This document shows, one piece after another, positions 28,199-37,800 of a stretch of 64,000 nucleotides of DNA. Positions within the stretch are counted from its first letter, which is position 1; each line of letters opens with the position of its first letter. A model generated the notes under the pieces. The model was given only the letters and a program-made list of their open reading frames with translations. It was not told the DNA's origin and did not search any database. The stretch covers positions 24,284 to 88,283 of the forward strand of contig DAOTZV010000129.1 in the NCBI GenBank assembly GCA_034434235.1, read 5' to 3'. Source of the stretch: Anaerolineae bacterium (GTDB lineage: Bacteria > Chloroflexota > Anaerolineae > CG2-30-64-16). The position numbers and the translations under genes are program-made.

Positions 28199-29074
28199 TC
28201 AATAAGCCGGGGGACGCCGGTCGCAGACCGGCTGCAAGCTCGCTTGCAAGAACTTCAAGCCGGCGCGCACGAACTCCTCGCCGTTCGGGCAAACGTTGTG
28301 GAACATGCCGCGGCGATAGGCGAAGTCGCCCCGGCCGGAGTTGTAGCTCTCCATCAGCACGTAGCCGTCGAAGGCCAGCTCGCGCAGGGCCGCGAAAACG
28401 GCTTCCCACGGCACCAGGCCGCCGCCGGGCGCGCCCCGGTCGTTCTCGCACGCGTGCAATCCCCACAGCCGCCGGCCCACCGTCCGGATCGCCTGGCCAT
28501 AGTCACGCACTTCGGTGATCAGGTGATAGGTGTCCAGCAGGACGCTCAGGTTGGGATGGCCGGCCAGATCAAGCAGGCGCATGGCCTGGGCCGGCGTGTT
28601 GACCACGTGCGTGCGAAAGTGGCTCATCGGCTCGATCACGATCGCCACCCCACGGCGGTCGGCGTATTCGGCCAGGCGCGCCAGGCCCTCGGCCGTGCGC
28701 GGGTATTCGTCGGCCGGGGGGATGCGCCGCTTGACGGTGCCGGGATGGCCGTAGAGCGCGCCGGTATAGGCTACGGCGCCGATCTCGGCCGCGCGATCCA
28801 CCTGGCGCATGTGCCACGCCAGGCCCGCGGCCCGCTCGGCCGGATCGTCGGCCGAAAGGTCGCACGCGGCGGGCCACTCGCCGCCCGGGCTCACGATCAA
28901 CGTCAGGCCGAGCGCCTCGGCCCGCCGCCGGGTCAACGCAGACGTGAACTCTACGTCGTCGCCGACGGCGATCTCGAAGCAATCCAGGCCCAGCCCGGCG
29001 GCCACGTCCAGGATGCCGATCTGGTCGTCGGCCCACCGCTCGGTGAAGATGAAGCTGTGCGCGCCGAACTTCAT
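28199..29074 (-). CDS. Sugar phosphate isomerase/epimerase (xylose-isomerase-like TIM barrel)
   Basis: Family-typical blocks: DCFEIAV, a metal-binding E in VIEPMSH, and LLDTYHL. Confidence 0.7.
   Translation of the reverse strand: MKFGAHSFIFTERWADDQIGILDVAAGLGLDCFEIAVGDDVEFTSALTRRRAEALGLTLIVSPGGEWPAACDLSADDPAERAAGLAWHMRQVDRAAEIGAVAYTGALYGHPGTVKRRIPPADEYPRTAEGLARLAEYADRRGVAIVIEPMSHFRTHVVNTPAQAMRLLDLAGHPNLSVLLDTYHLITEVRDYGQAIRTVGRRLWGLHACENDRGAPGGGLVPWEAVFAALRELAFDGYVLMESYNSGRGDFAYRRGMFHNVCPNGEEFVRAGLKFLQASLQPVCDRRPPAY
28209..28234. repeat. Family B hairpin element (identical 26-mer to 6317-6342) immediately after the isomerase stop
   Basis: GGGGGACGCCGGTCGCAGACCGGCTG read directly. Confidence 0.55.
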
Positions 29075-30168
29075 GGCCCGGCCGCCGGTTCGACGCCGGT
29101 CACCGCGCCGAAGGTGTTGATCTTCAGCTTCCAGCGCGTGCCGGGCTGAAAGCGGCTGAACTCCGCGGCGTCGGCCGGACTAAACGTGTAAGTCTTGTCG
29201 TTCGCCAGGAAGTTGACCTGATAGCTTTCCTGCCGCGCGCCGGCGCGCTGGCCCTCGGCCAGCCGCACTTCGGGCCAGATGGGGTTGGGATCGGCGCCCT
29301 GGGCCACCACCGTGTTGATCACGCGCCATTCGAGCGCCTGATAGTCGCACCAGTCGGCATACACCTCGTACCAGCATTGTTGCACGACCTTGCCGTAGCC
29401 GCTGCCCTGATCTACGGTGTAGGGCGTGCCGCACACCTCTTTGGCATCCGGCGCGGGGTTCGGCTGGGTGTGGTGCACCTTGCGCGTGCACTGGCCCACC
29501 GTCGCACCGGCGGGGATCTCGTCTCGCCACGCCTGCCGCGTGACCGGCGCCAGCGCCTCGACGGCGATGGCGCGCCGCCAGCTCACCCCGTTTACCTGGC
29601 CGATTGTGTCGGTGGTGCGCGTCGAGAGCGCGAAGAGGAGGCCCCCCAGCAGACAGAGGCCCAGGAGCACTGCAACGAGGATGCCGGTCGGGAATTTCGC
29701 TTTGGCCGGCGCGGGCGCCGCGGCCGGGGCCACAGGTTGCGCCAGGGCCGCGCCGCACGCCGCGCACTTCAGCGCGGTGGCCGGGTTCTCTTTGCCGCAC
29801 GCCGGACACTTCAGCGGCGCCGCGGGCTCAGCGCGAAACGCGCCGAGGACCTGTCCCGCCTGGCGCGCCTTGCCTTCGGCCAGGTCCGCGCCGCACTGCT
29901 TGCACGTCTTGGCCGTGGCCGGGTTGGCCGTGCCGCAATAAGCGCACTGGATGTCGGGGCCGGCCCTGGCCTGGGCAAGCCTGGCCTCGTCGGTGATCAG
30001 TTCTTCCTGGGGCGCCTGCTCGAACCGGATCTCCTCGGTGAGCGCCGCGCCGCATTGCCGGCATTTCTTCGCGCTGCCGGGGTTGCGCGTGCCGCAGCTC
30101 GGACACCGCCACTCCAGCTCGACATAGCCTAATTCTCTCTCGGTCATCTTGCCCCTTTGCGAGCTCAA
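29071..30168 (-). CDS. Membrane protein with four N-terminal zinc-ribbon repeats, one TM helix and an uncharacterised extracytoplasmic domain
   Basis: Repeats CPSCGTRNPGSAKKCRQCGA / CAYCGTANPATAKTCKQCGA / CPACGKENPATALKCAACGA, followed by TGILVAVLLGLCLLGGLLFAL. Confidence 0.6.
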   Translation of the reverse strand: MSSQRGKMTERELGYVELEWRCPSCGTRNPGSAKKCRQCGAALTEEIRFEQAPQEELITDEARLAQARAGPDIQCAYCGTANPATAKTCKQCGADLAEGKARQAGQVLGAFRAEPAAPLKCPACGKENPATALKCAACGAALAQPVAPAAAPAPAKAKFPTGILVAVLLGLCLLGGLLFALSTRTTDTIGQVNGVSWRRAIAVEALAPVTRQAWRDEIPAGATVGQCTRKVHHTQPNPAPDAKEVCGTPYTVDQGSGYGKVVQQCWYEVYADWCDYQALEWRVINTVVAQGADPNPIWPEVRLAEGQRAGARQESYQVNFLANDKTYTFSPADAAEFSRFQPGTRWKLKINTFGAVTGVEPAAGP

Positions 30169-30175
30169 GCTCGCC

Positions 30176-31195
30176 CTACGAAATGAGCTCTCCTGCGTAG
30201 GCGAAGAGCGCCGGACTGCCGCCGGTGTGCCAGAAGATGATCGTGTGCGCGTCGGCGATGCCGAAACGCGCCAGGGCGCCGGGCCGACGCAACAGCTCGA
30301 GCAGGCCGCCGAATGCCCGGCCGGTGTACACCGGATCGAGCAGGATGCCTTCAGTGCGGGCCATCAGGCGAATGGCTTCGCGTTCCAGGTCGCCCATGAC
30401 GCCGTAGCCGCCGCCCAGGAACGCGTCGCTCACCAGGATGTCGGCCGCGGCGAAGGTGTGGGGCTTGCCCAGGCGCCCGGCGGTGCGGGTGGCCAGTTCG
30501 GCGACCGCAGCTTGCAGTTTCGCCTCCGGCTCGTCTATGCTGATGCCCAGGATCGGCACATCCCAGCCGAGCGCGTATGCGCCGGCCACCAATCCCGCCT
30601 GGGTGCCGCCCGAGCTAGAGGGGACCACGATCAGGTCGGGTGTGATGTCCAGCGCATGCACCTGCTCGTGCAGTTCCTCCAGCGCCAGCGCGTAGCCGCA
30701 AGCGCCGACCGGATCGGACCCGCCGTAGGTGATGAGATAGGGGCGTCGTCCGGCCGCGCGCAGTTCTGCGGCCAGCTCGTTCAGCCGGTTCAGCCGGTTT
30801 GCGCGCGTTGTCCAGTGGCATCTGGCGCCGAAGAGCAGGTCGAGCAGGTAGTTGCCGGTCGGCGGATCGGTCGGCTGGCCGGCGAGCACCAGCTCGCACG
30901 CGAGGCCGGCGAGGGCCGCCGCGGCCGCCGTCTGCCGACAGTGGTTCGATTGCACGGCGCCGGTCGTGATCAACGTGTCGCACCCCTGCGCCAGCGCGTC
31001 GGCCACCAGGAACTCCAGCTTGCGCGTCTTGTTGCCGCCGGTCGCCAGGCCGGTCTGGTCATCGCGCTTGAGCCAGAGCTGGATGGGCGCCCGGCCGACG
31101 TCGTTCGTCAGCCGGGCGCTCAATCGCGACGCCGGGTGGAGCGGCGTGGGCAGAAAGGCGATGGGATGACGAGGGAGATGGGAAGTGATAGACAT
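30176..31195 (-). CDS. PLP-dependent 1-aminocyclopropane-1-carboxylate deaminase / D-cysteine desulfhydrase family protein
   Basis: The PLP-Lys block LWLKRDDQTGLATGGNKTRKLEF defines the ACCD/DcyD family. Confidence 0.75.
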   Translation of the reverse strand: MSITSHLPRHPIAFLPTPLHPASRLSARLTNDVGRAPIQLWLKRDDQTGLATGGNKTRKLEFLVADALAQGCDTLITTGAVQSNHCRQTAAAAALAGLACELVLAGQPTDPPTGNYLLDLLFGARCHWTTRANRLNRLNELAAELRAAGRRPYLITYGGSDPVGACGYALALEELHEQVHALDITPDLIVVPSSSGGTQAGLVAGAYALGWDVPILGISIDEPEAKLQAAVAELATRTAGRLGKPHTFAAADILVSDAFLGGGYGVMGDLEREAIRLMARTEGILLDPVYTGRAFGGLLELLRRPGALARFGIADAHTIIFWHTGGSPALFAYAGELIS

Positions 31196-31214
31196 GAGTT
31201 TTTCCGCTCGCTGC

Positions 31215-32531
31215 TTACAGGATCCGCCGCGCTTCCATGTAGAAGCGCTTTTCGCGCGCCTCGCCCATCGAAAAGGTCTTGCGCGGCAACACGCCGTCCA
31301 CGATCACGGTCTTGAAAAAGCTGCTCTTGGCGATGGCCGGCAGATAGAAGCCGATGTTCCCCTGTTGTGTCCCCAGCCGTTCAACCACATCGCGTCCGTG
31401 GACATAATCTATGCGTTGATAGCCGCCGGCCTTGCCCCAGGCATCCAGGAAGTTTTGCAGCGTGCCCACCGGCAGGTTGGAGGGCGGATCGGCCACATAG
31501 GCCACGGTGAAGCCGTCGGCCGTAATGACGCCGAAGGTGTGCTCGGGACGCTCCTCGTGCTCGACCAGGTCTATCATGGCCTGAGCGTTGGCGCACGGCA
31601 CCAGGTGACAGCGATCCGGGTAGAAGTCGCACAGTGCGGCCAGGGCATCGGAGCGGGCGCCGAAGAGCACGCGATGGATCGGCTCGAACACCAGGCCGGG
31701 GTCGTGGATGTTCTCCACTTCCACCAGGGCGTAGCGCGCCGGATGGTCCATGCCCACCTGCGGCCTGATCTCCTCCCAGATGGCCCTGGCGGTCGCCAGG
31801 GAATGGTTGCCGTCGCCCACCGCGAAGAGCAGGGGCGGACTGCCGGCCGGCAGGCCGTATCTGGCCGCGCAGGTTTCGGCGTCGGCCAGCCGGTTGAGCG
31901 CGGCCACGACCTGCTGCTCCAGGTGCGGATCGTCCACCGAGTAGCCGGTCAGGTGGCCGCTGCCGAGCATCAGCTCGAAGTCGTAGAGCCGCGGCAAAGC
32001 TGCGCGCGCCCGCACCAGCGGCCCGATGACCGTGTGCTCGGGGTCGTCAATCAGCACCAGGATGTGCGGCAGCTCCAGGATGGCCCCGCGGCGGATGCGC
32101 ACGCGCGGGGGGATGCGCTCCTGGATGACGCCTTCCGAGGCGCGGATCAGGCCGGTGGCGCCCGGCTTGTAGTCGTAGTGCTCCAGGTCGAGCGCGAGCA
32201 TGATGCCGTGTCGCGTGCGGCCGGCGGCCGTCCGTTCGACCAGGATCAACCTTTCGTGCTCGACGAAGAGCCCTTGGTCCAGATAGGCCCGCATGGCCTC
32301 CTGGATCTGGCGGCCGCGACGCTCCTCTTCGGCGGTCCCCAGGAAGATCTCCGGCAGGGTCAGGTGGTAGGTGGAAGGCGCGTCGCCGACCAGCGCCTCC
32401 ACGGCTTGCCAGTATTCCGGCTCGGAGGTGAACTGATCGCAGGCGATGACCGCCCATTTGTGCAGGTCAATGCCCGGGCCCGGCAGGAGGACCGTGGGGA
32501 TCTGAAAGCCGACCGGTTGCGACATGGCCAT
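31215..32531 (-). CDS. DUF1015-like hypothetical protein
   Basis: About 438 aa with the block AVGDGNHSLATA and an architecture reminiscent of DUF1015; the assignment is from memory. Confidence 0.4.
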   Translation of the reverse strand: MAMSQPVGFQIPTVLLPGPGIDLHKWAVIACDQFTSEPEYWQAVEALVGDAPSTYHLTLPEIFLGTAEEERRGRQIQEAMRAYLDQGLFVEHERLILVERTAAGRTRHGIMLALDLEHYDYKPGATGLIRASEGVIQERIPPRVRIRRGAILELPHILVLIDDPEHTVIGPLVRARAALPRLYDFELMLGSGHLTGYSVDDPHLEQQVVAALNRLADAETCAARYGLPAGSPPLLFAVGDGNHSLATARAIWEEIRPQVGMDHPARYALVEVENIHDPGLVFEPIHRVLFGARSDALAALCDFYPDRCHLVPCANAQAMIDLVEHEERPEHTFGVITADGFTVAYVADPPSNLPVGTLQNFLDAWGKAGGYQRIDYVHGRDVVERLGTQQGNIGFYLPAIAKSSFFKTVIVDGVLPRKTFSMGEAREKRFYMEARRIL

Positions 32532-32610
32532 GAAAGCACCTCACAGGACATGGTTTGTTGCGCGCCGGGTGCTCGCGGCGAGGCGCCCGGCGCGGCATCT
32601 GGCAGGCGCG

Positions 32611-33519
32611 TCAACACCCGTCCCGGTTGAGGCCGATCAGGATGTCGGCCACTTCGTCGCCGATGCGGGCGGTGGCTTCGTGCGTGCTCGCGCCGATGTG
32701 CGGCGAGCCGATCACCTGCGGCAGCTCGAACAGCTTGCGGTCGGTCAGCGGCTCATTCTCGAACACGTCCAGCGCGGCGCCGGCCACCTTGCCGGCGCGG
32801 ATCGCGTCGTAGAGCGCGCCTTCATCTATCACGCCGCCGCGCGCACAGTCCACGATGCGGACGCCCGTCTTCATCTTGGCGATGGTCTCGGCGTTGATCA
32901 TATGATGCGATTCCGGGGTGAGCGGCAGGTGCAGCGTGATGAAGTCGGACTTCGCCAGCAGCTCGTCGAGGGTCACCATCTGCATGAAGGGCGCCGGGCC
33001 GATCGAGCGGCTGTCGTAGCCGAGCACGATCATGCCCAGGGCTGCGGCGCGCGTGGCGACCGCCGTGCCGATCCGCCCCATGCCGATGATGCCCAGGACC
33101 TTGCCTTGCAGCTCGATCCCCTCGAATTTGGACTTTTCCCACAGCCCTTCGCGCATGGAGATCGTGGCCTGGACGATGGGCCGGGCCAGGGCGAACAGAT
33201 AGGCTAATGTCAGCTCGGCCACCGAGGCGGTGCTGGCGCCCGGGGTGTTCATGATCCTGATCCCCTTTGCCTGGGCGTAATCCACGTCAATGTTGTCCAC
33301 GCCCACGCCGCCCCGCACGATGACCTTTAGCTTTTTGGCCGCGTCGATGACCGGCTTGCGCACCTTCGTTCGGCTGCGCACCACGATCGCATCGTACTCG
33401 CCGACGACCTGCAACAGCTCGTCGGCCGTGATCTTGTCCTGGACATCTACCTCGATGCACGCCTTGCGCATCCGTTCGATGGCGTGCGGGGAGATGGAAT
33501 CGCAAACGAGAACTTTCAT
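32611..33519 (-). CDS. D-isomer-specific 2-hydroxyacid dehydrogenase (short SerA/D-3-phosphoglycerate dehydrogenase-like)
   Basis: NAD-binding GIIGMGRIGTAVA and the catalytic R/E/H pattern. Confidence 0.8.
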   Translation of the reverse strand: MKVLVCDSISPHAIERMRKACIEVDVQDKITADELLQVVGEYDAIVVRSRTKVRKPVIDAAKKLKVIVRGGVGVDNIDVDYAQAKGIRIMNTPGASTASVAELTLAYLFALARPIVQATISMREGLWEKSKFEGIELQGKVLGIIGMGRIGTAVATRAAALGMIVLGYDSRSIGPAPFMQMVTLDELLAKSDFITLHLPLTPESHHMINAETIAKMKTGVRIVDCARGGVIDEGALYDAIRAGKVAGAALDVFENEPLTDRKLFELPQVIGSPHIGASTHEATARIGDEVADILIGLNRDGC

Positions 33520-33536
33520 GATGGATTTGCTCCCGC

Positions 33537-34607
33537 CTATTGCAGGCCAAGTATATCATCTATCTGCGCAGTGAGCCACTGCACGTCGGCCAGCGTCAAA
33601 TCGCCCATGTGGCCGATGCGGAAGGTCTTGCCCTTGAAGGGGCCGTAGCCGTCCGAGATCTGGGCGCCGCGCCGGCCCAGCTCCTTGTTCAGCGCGCTGA
33701 AGTCGAAGCCGATGGTGTTGGTGATATGCGTGACGGTCGGCGAGGCGTAGCGCTCGTCTCCGTAAAGCGCGAAGTGCTTCTTGGCCCACGCCCGGCAGTG
33801 TTCGGCCATGGCCCGGTGGCGGGCATAGCGGTTCTCCAGCCCCTCGGCGAACATGCGATCCATCTGTTTGTCCAGGGCGAAGAGGTGGCTGATGCTCGGA
33901 GTGGCGGGGGTGTTGTTCTTGACGGCGAACTTTTCCATCTCGAGGAAATCGAAGTAGTAGCCGCGGTAGGGGATCGTCCTGGCGCGTTCCAGCGCGCGGG
34001 CGCTCACGGTGGCCACGGCCAGGCCGGGCGGCAGGCCGAAGCATTTCTGCACGCCGGCCAGACATACGTCGAGCCCCCATTCGTCGTTCTTGATTTCGAC
34101 CCCGGCCATGCACGAGACGGCATCCACCAGGATCAGCACGTCGGGGTATTTGGCGCGCACCAGCCTGGCGATCTCGGGCACGGGGCTCAGGATGCCGGTC
34201 GAGGTTTCGTTGTAGGTGAGACAGACCGCGTCGAAGCCGCCCTTCGCCAGCGCTGCATCTACGATCTCCGGGGTGATGGCCTGGCCGGGCGCCACCTCGA
34301 CCGTTTCGGCTGCCACGCCGCACGCTTTGGCGATCTCGTGCCAGCGGCGGGAGAATTCTCCGTTCAGGGTGTTCAGCACCTTTTTGCCGACGCAGTTGCG
34401 GATCGCGCCTTCCATGACGCCGGTGGACGAGGAGGTGAAGAGCATCACCCGTCCTTCGGTGTTCAGCAGCTTTTTGAGCTTGGCCTCGCACGAGGCGTGC
34501 AGCTCGGCATAGGCCGAGGAGCGATGGCCGATCATGGGCGTGGCCATGGCCTGCAGTATTTCGTCTACGACTTCGGTCGGTCCGGGGATGAAGAGCTTTT
34601 TGTGCAT
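33537..34607 (-). CDS. Class V aminotransferase (serine--pyruvate / alanine--glyoxylate / archaeal-type phosphoserine aminotransferase family)
   Basis: N-terminal LFIPGPTEV is typical of this family, with a PLP-Lys region (GVQKCFGLPPGLA); it sits next to the SerA-like gene. Confidence 0.8.
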   Translation of the reverse strand: MHKKLFIPGPTEVVDEILQAMATPMIGHRSSAYAELHASCEAKLKKLLNTEGRVMLFTSSSTGVMEGAIRNCVGKKVLNTLNGEFSRRWHEIAKACGVAAETVEVAPGQAITPEIVDAALAKGGFDAVCLTYNETSTGILSPVPEIARLVRAKYPDVLILVDAVSCMAGVEIKNDEWGLDVCLAGVQKCFGLPPGLAVATVSARALERARTIPYRGYYFDFLEMEKFAVKNNTPATPSISHLFALDKQMDRMFAEGLENRYARHRAMAEHCRAWAKKHFALYGDERYASPTVTHITNTIGFDFSALNKELGRRGAQISDGYGPFKGKTFRIGHMGDLTLADVQWLTAQIDDILGLQ

Positions 34608-34675
34608 GAAGGTGACCCTCCTTATGGGATGGTGATATTTTACACCAAGATCGCCAGCGATTGAAATCCCGTCTC

Positions 34676-34836
34676 GTAGCCGCGCGGCGGCGCGTGAAGC
34701 GCAAGCCGGAGGCTTGCGTTACGGGGCCGATGCCGCGCGGCTCGGCTTGTAGCGGGATACCCGTAGCATAAGCCTCCGGCTTGTAGCCGCGCGGCGGCGC
34801 GTGAAGCGCAAGCCGGAGGCTTGCGTTACGGGGCCG
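34676..34836. repeat. Two copies of a 54-bp direct repeat separated by a 53-bp spacer that contains an inverted copy of the core
   Basis: The repeat GTAGCCGCGCGGCGGCGCGTGAAGCGCAAGCCGGAGGCTTGCGTTACGGGGCCG occurs at 34676-34729 and 34783-34836; each copy carries the hairpin CAAGCC-GGA-GGCTTG; the spacer holds AAGCCTCCGGCTT. Confidence 0.6.
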
Positions 34837-34846
34837 GCGATGCGCG

Positions 34847-37800
34847 TTACTGCGACAGCGTCAGCCGTACGGTCTTGATCTCAAACGGCCGGAAGTCGAG
34901 CGCGATCTGGCCATCGTCGCACGCCAGGTCGGCCACATGCGCCTCCAGCATGTCGGTCAGCGCGGCGCGGCCGACCGGCAGGGTGGTGGACAGGACCGCG
35001 CGCGTCGCCGTGTGCTTCGCCTCATAGAGCCGCACCACCACATCGGCCGAGCCGTCTTCGGCCGGCTTGACCGTCTCGATGATGATATTCGGCGCATCCA
35101 CGCTGAAGAGAGAGCGCTCCCCGCCGTCGCCGGCCGCGGTCGTGGCCGGCACGTTCAGCTCGTAGGCCTCGCGCACGACATCGCTCTCGGCCAGGGGACC
35201 GTTCCAGGCGTAGAAGCTGTAGGTGAAGGTCTGGATCCCTTTGTCGGCCGTCATGTCGGGCGCCAGGGCCGATTTGAGCAGGGTCAGGTTGATCGAGTTG
35301 CCCAGGACGTTGACGCCGTACTTGCTGTCGTTGAGCACCGCGCAACCCCGCGCCTCTTCGGCCAGCGCGGTCCACTTGTGGTTGCACACCTCGAAGCGGT
35401 TGGCGTCGAACGGCCGCGAGTAGTGGTTGGGCCGCCGGATGTGGCCGAACTGGATCTCGTGAATTGCTTCGTTGGCGTGCACGGTGACCGGGAAGGCCAC
35501 CTTGAGGAGCTTGTGGCTTTCGCGCCAGTCCACGGTCGTGGCGAAATCCACCCGTCGGCTGTTGCGGCGCAGGCTGATCACCTGCGTCATGGTCGAGTGG
35601 TGCAGTTGCCGGGTGACGCGCAGCCGCGCTTCGAGCGGCCCCGCGGCCTCCACGACGATCGTCGCCGGCTCGGTCAGTTCCACCGGTGTCTCCGTGTACA
35701 TGCTGTCGATGTCCCAGGCGTCCCACGCGCCCGGCACGTCCTTGTACATCTTGAAGCTGTTGCACGGCCCGGCGGCCAGCTCGCGCTGCGCCTCCTTGTC
35801 GAAGAGGCTGACGATCTCGCCCAGGTCGTTGAACTCGATCCGCAGGCACTCGTTCTCCAGCATGCGCGGGGTCGCCTGCAGGGCATTCGATGTCGCTGCC
35901 GCCCCTGCCCCCCCAAAGTTGGGGGGAACGGAGGGCCACCAGATCGTCGTCCAGCCGCACGACGGCACGGTTACCTCGGCCCAGGCGGCATCGGCTTCGA
36001 CCTGCACCGGCAGCGGCCGGCCCGCGCGGTCGGCCGCCGTCTGCGCGCCGGCCGGCAGGCGCACCAGCGCCCGTCGTGGCCACGAGAGGGAGTTGAACAC
36101 GGTGACGGCCTCGGCCGGCCGCACCAGGGCCGCCTGCGCCTGGCCGGCCGCCCGGCGGGCCGCGGCGATCGCCTCGGCGTGGCTGGCCTCGGCTTCCTCG
36201 TAGACGCGATGGATCGAGGAGCCGGGCAGGATGTCGTGGAACTGGTTCAGCAGGACGGTGCGCCACGCCTCTTCCAGGTCGGCCGCCGGATAGGCGTAGC
36301 CGGGTCCGGCAAGAGCGCGCGCGGCCGCGCCCCACATCTCGGCTTCGCGCAACGCCAGCTCGGCGCGACGGTTGTTCTGCTTGGTCCTGGCCTGCGATGT
36401 GTACGTGCCGCGGTGCGCCTGGAAGTAGAGCTCGCCCACGTAGCGCTCGCGCGGCAGGCCGCGGCGCTCCAGGTCCTTGAAGAATTCGATCGGGGAAGCC
36501 ATCTTCACCCGCGGGAGGCCCTCCAGGTCTTTGGTCCGGCGCAGGAACTCCAGATGGTTGCGGGTGGGGCCGCCGCCGCCGTCGCCGTGGCCGAACGCCA
36601 GCAGGATCGTGCTGATGCCGTCCTTCTGGACGCGCTGGCGCCAGCGTTGCATCAGCGCGTTGGGATCGGTGTAGCTGTTGTAGTCGTTGAAGATGTGGGC
36701 CAGGACGGCGGTGCCGTCGATCCCTTCCCACATGAACGTGTTGTAGGGGAACGGATCGCCGCCGTTGTAGGTCCAAAAGATCTTCTGCGTGGCGAAATAC
36801 TTGATGCCGCAGCCGGCCATGATCTGCGGCAGCGCGCCGGAATAGCCGAACACGTCGGGCAACCAGAGCAGTTCGTTTTCCGCGCCGAACTCCTGTTTGA
36901 AGAAGCGCTTGCCGTGGATGAACTGGCGGATCAGCGCCTCGCCGCCGCTGATGTTGGTGTCGGCCTCGATCCACATGCCGCCTTCGGGGATGATCTTGCC
37001 GGCCTTGACCGCGGCCTTGACCTCCTCGTACTTGGCCGGATAGCGGCGTCGGAGCATCCAGTAGAGGTGCGGCTGGCTCTGGATGAACTTGAACTCGGGG
37101 TATTCCTGCATCAGCGCCAGTTGGGTGCTGATGGTGCGCGCCATCTTGCGCTCGGTCTCCTGGAGCGGCCAGAGCCACGCCACGTCTATGTGCGAATGGC
37201 CGATGGCGAAGAGGGTCGGCGCGGTGCTGCCGTTGACGCATTCGAGGAGCGGCTTGAGCCGCGCCCGCGCCCGGCGCACGGTGGCCAGGAACTCGTCGGG
37301 CGGCAGCTCGGGATCGGCGATCAGCGTGAAGTCCTTCAGGCCGGCGTCTATCTCGGCCACGCGGAGCGAATCGGGGTCGAGCAGGTTGCGGGTCTGGAAC
37401 AGCGTTTCGACGTCGAGCCAGAGCTGATAGACCTCTTCGTTCCAGATGCCGAAGGTGGTTTCGCCGACGGCGGTTTGCGTGGGGGGCGGCTCGGGCACGC
37501 TTTCGCGGCCGTAGCCCACCGGCCCCTTGCCGGCGGTGCGCAGGCCGTGGCCGGCGTAGGCTTCGATCAGAAGCTCGTAGCGGGCGCCCGGCGCGCCGCT
37601 CATGGCCAGGGTGATCTCGGTGTGCTCGCGGTCAATTGCGCCGGCCAGCCGGCCGTTGATCCACACCGCGCTTTCGCCGCCCGGGTTGGCCCGCAATACG
37701 ATGCGTTGGCCGGCCGCGGAAGGCGGCAGGACGATCTCGCCCTTGAACCAGCCGTATTCCCACTTGGCGCCCCAGCGGGTGCCGACCGGCATCGGCGCGA

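Noticed and set aside
34676-34836. Possible CRISPR array
   Set aside because: Only two repeat units, a 54-bp unit length, a spacer that is an inverted copy of the repeat core, and no cas genes in the window.
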